Positions 62,850-64,000 of a stretch of DNA of 64,000 nt are shown here, in pieces. The DNA comes from Azolla caroliniana (taxonomy: Eukaryota; Plantae; Polypodiophyta). The DNA is taken from the NCBI GenBank assembly GCA_043228905.1, contig JBHGNT010000014.1:17856001-17920000 (forward strand), written 5' to 3'. Every line of letters starts with the position of its first letter. Within the stretch, counting starts at the first letter, position 1. The notes under the pieces were generated by a model. The model made no database searches and was not told the DNA's origin. It saw only the letters and a list, made by a program, of their open reading frames with translations. Made by a program: the position numbers and the translations under genes.

Positions 62850-63950
62850 ACTATTAAGACAATGGACGAAAGTAATCATGACATCAATCCATAGTGCAAA
62901 ACCAAGAATCGACCACAAGTTAGCATATCATAACCCCATGTGCTCAAATGAAAGTATTATGAGCTACGGCCCTGACAGAAAGTGGATTTGTAAGTACATC
63001 AAAAGAAACTCCTTTGTAGACCTATTCATAGGGAAAAAACAGGCGTTAGAAAGGGGGAAAGATCATAGAAGTAGAAAACAGCCTTCCATAGGTAGACTAG
63101 ACTCTCATAGTCATCCCTTCTTCTTATACTCAATCGTAAGTAGCACCAACAACAAGAACAAAGACTCATTACTTTAGGTCTAGAAGGACCAAGATCCCAA
63201 TAGACTCTTCTCTTTGTTGACATAAATTAGGGTTCTTGTAATATCCTTGCTCTTAAAGTCAACAGAACATAGGAGTAAATAATATTGTGCCTAGGGTCTC
63301 CAAACACATGATGTAGTAAGAATGTTTCAACCAAAAATTGAAAAATAGTCTCAAAGTTGAAACACACTTTAATTTTATGGGCTTAAAGTATGTTGTTCAC
63401 TCATAATTCCTAACTTATATGTTGATTTTTCCAGAACATCACAACCTCTCTACAATTTCCCTTCAAGAGTAAAGTTTTATGGTAGATTTTGTGTTACCTA
63501 GCAACATGTTCCAATGTTGGTATCCACAACGGTTCTATTGAATTGGTGGACCTCACACTTCTTTGCTCTAGGAGGAATGTCAAAAGTCTCAAATGGCCTA
63601 TTTGTGCATGGTGGATATTGTTACACAACGGAATGAGATGCCCTTTTTCTATGCATCTATGTACATAACGTGATTATGGATGAACAAAAAGACTTTATGG
63701 AAGAAAGAGAAGATTAGCATGGATATAGGAAGATGACAACATGCATTAACTCAAACCAAATGTTTAGAGTGGAAACCATGGAGCGAGAGAAGAAGTAAGA
63801 TTAATTGTGAAAAAAGAGAAGTCATGCAACAATCATAGAGAGTTTATTAGAATATGACTCTTAGTCGTAGCATACTGCAAATATATATTCACAAGAAAAC
63901 CAATTTAAATAATAAGTGGGTTCATAAAAATTTGTGTTGGAACCCAAGAA
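62850..63950 (-). mobile_element. Possible highly decayed copia pol remnant
   Basis: Only short traces (e.g. DLGPS at about 63185-63200); no intact motif block. Confidence 0.3.
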
Positions 63951-64000
63951 TCCTCTTCGACTAATCAAGTGAACCACGAAGTTTTGTTTAACGTTTTGGG

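Overview
Land-plant nuclear DNA (possibly a non-seed plant such as a fern; this is inference only), mostly nested transposable elements. Four spliced host genes can be assembled with GT-AG introns: two tandem CYP72-clan cytochrome P450 paralogs (4494-7446 and 22969-25366, 543 aa each), a six-exon 242-aa beta-barrel-like gene resembling chloroplast OEP24 (50532-55513, largely invisible in the ORF track), and a convergent Methyltransf_16-type protein methyltransferase (60863-57328). The TE content includes a three-deep Ty1/copia nest, many solo LTRs with 5-bp TSDs, hAT-type MITEs with 8-bp TSDs, a full-length LINE inside a MITE, and a TIR-less hairpin-ended insertion inside that LINE. The most unusual signal is a decayed, apparently intron-containing, bacterial-type beta-class DNA amino-methyltransferase (6mA/4mC) on the minus strand at about 17.05-18.1 kb. 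All calls come from reading the sequence by eye; no searches were run.
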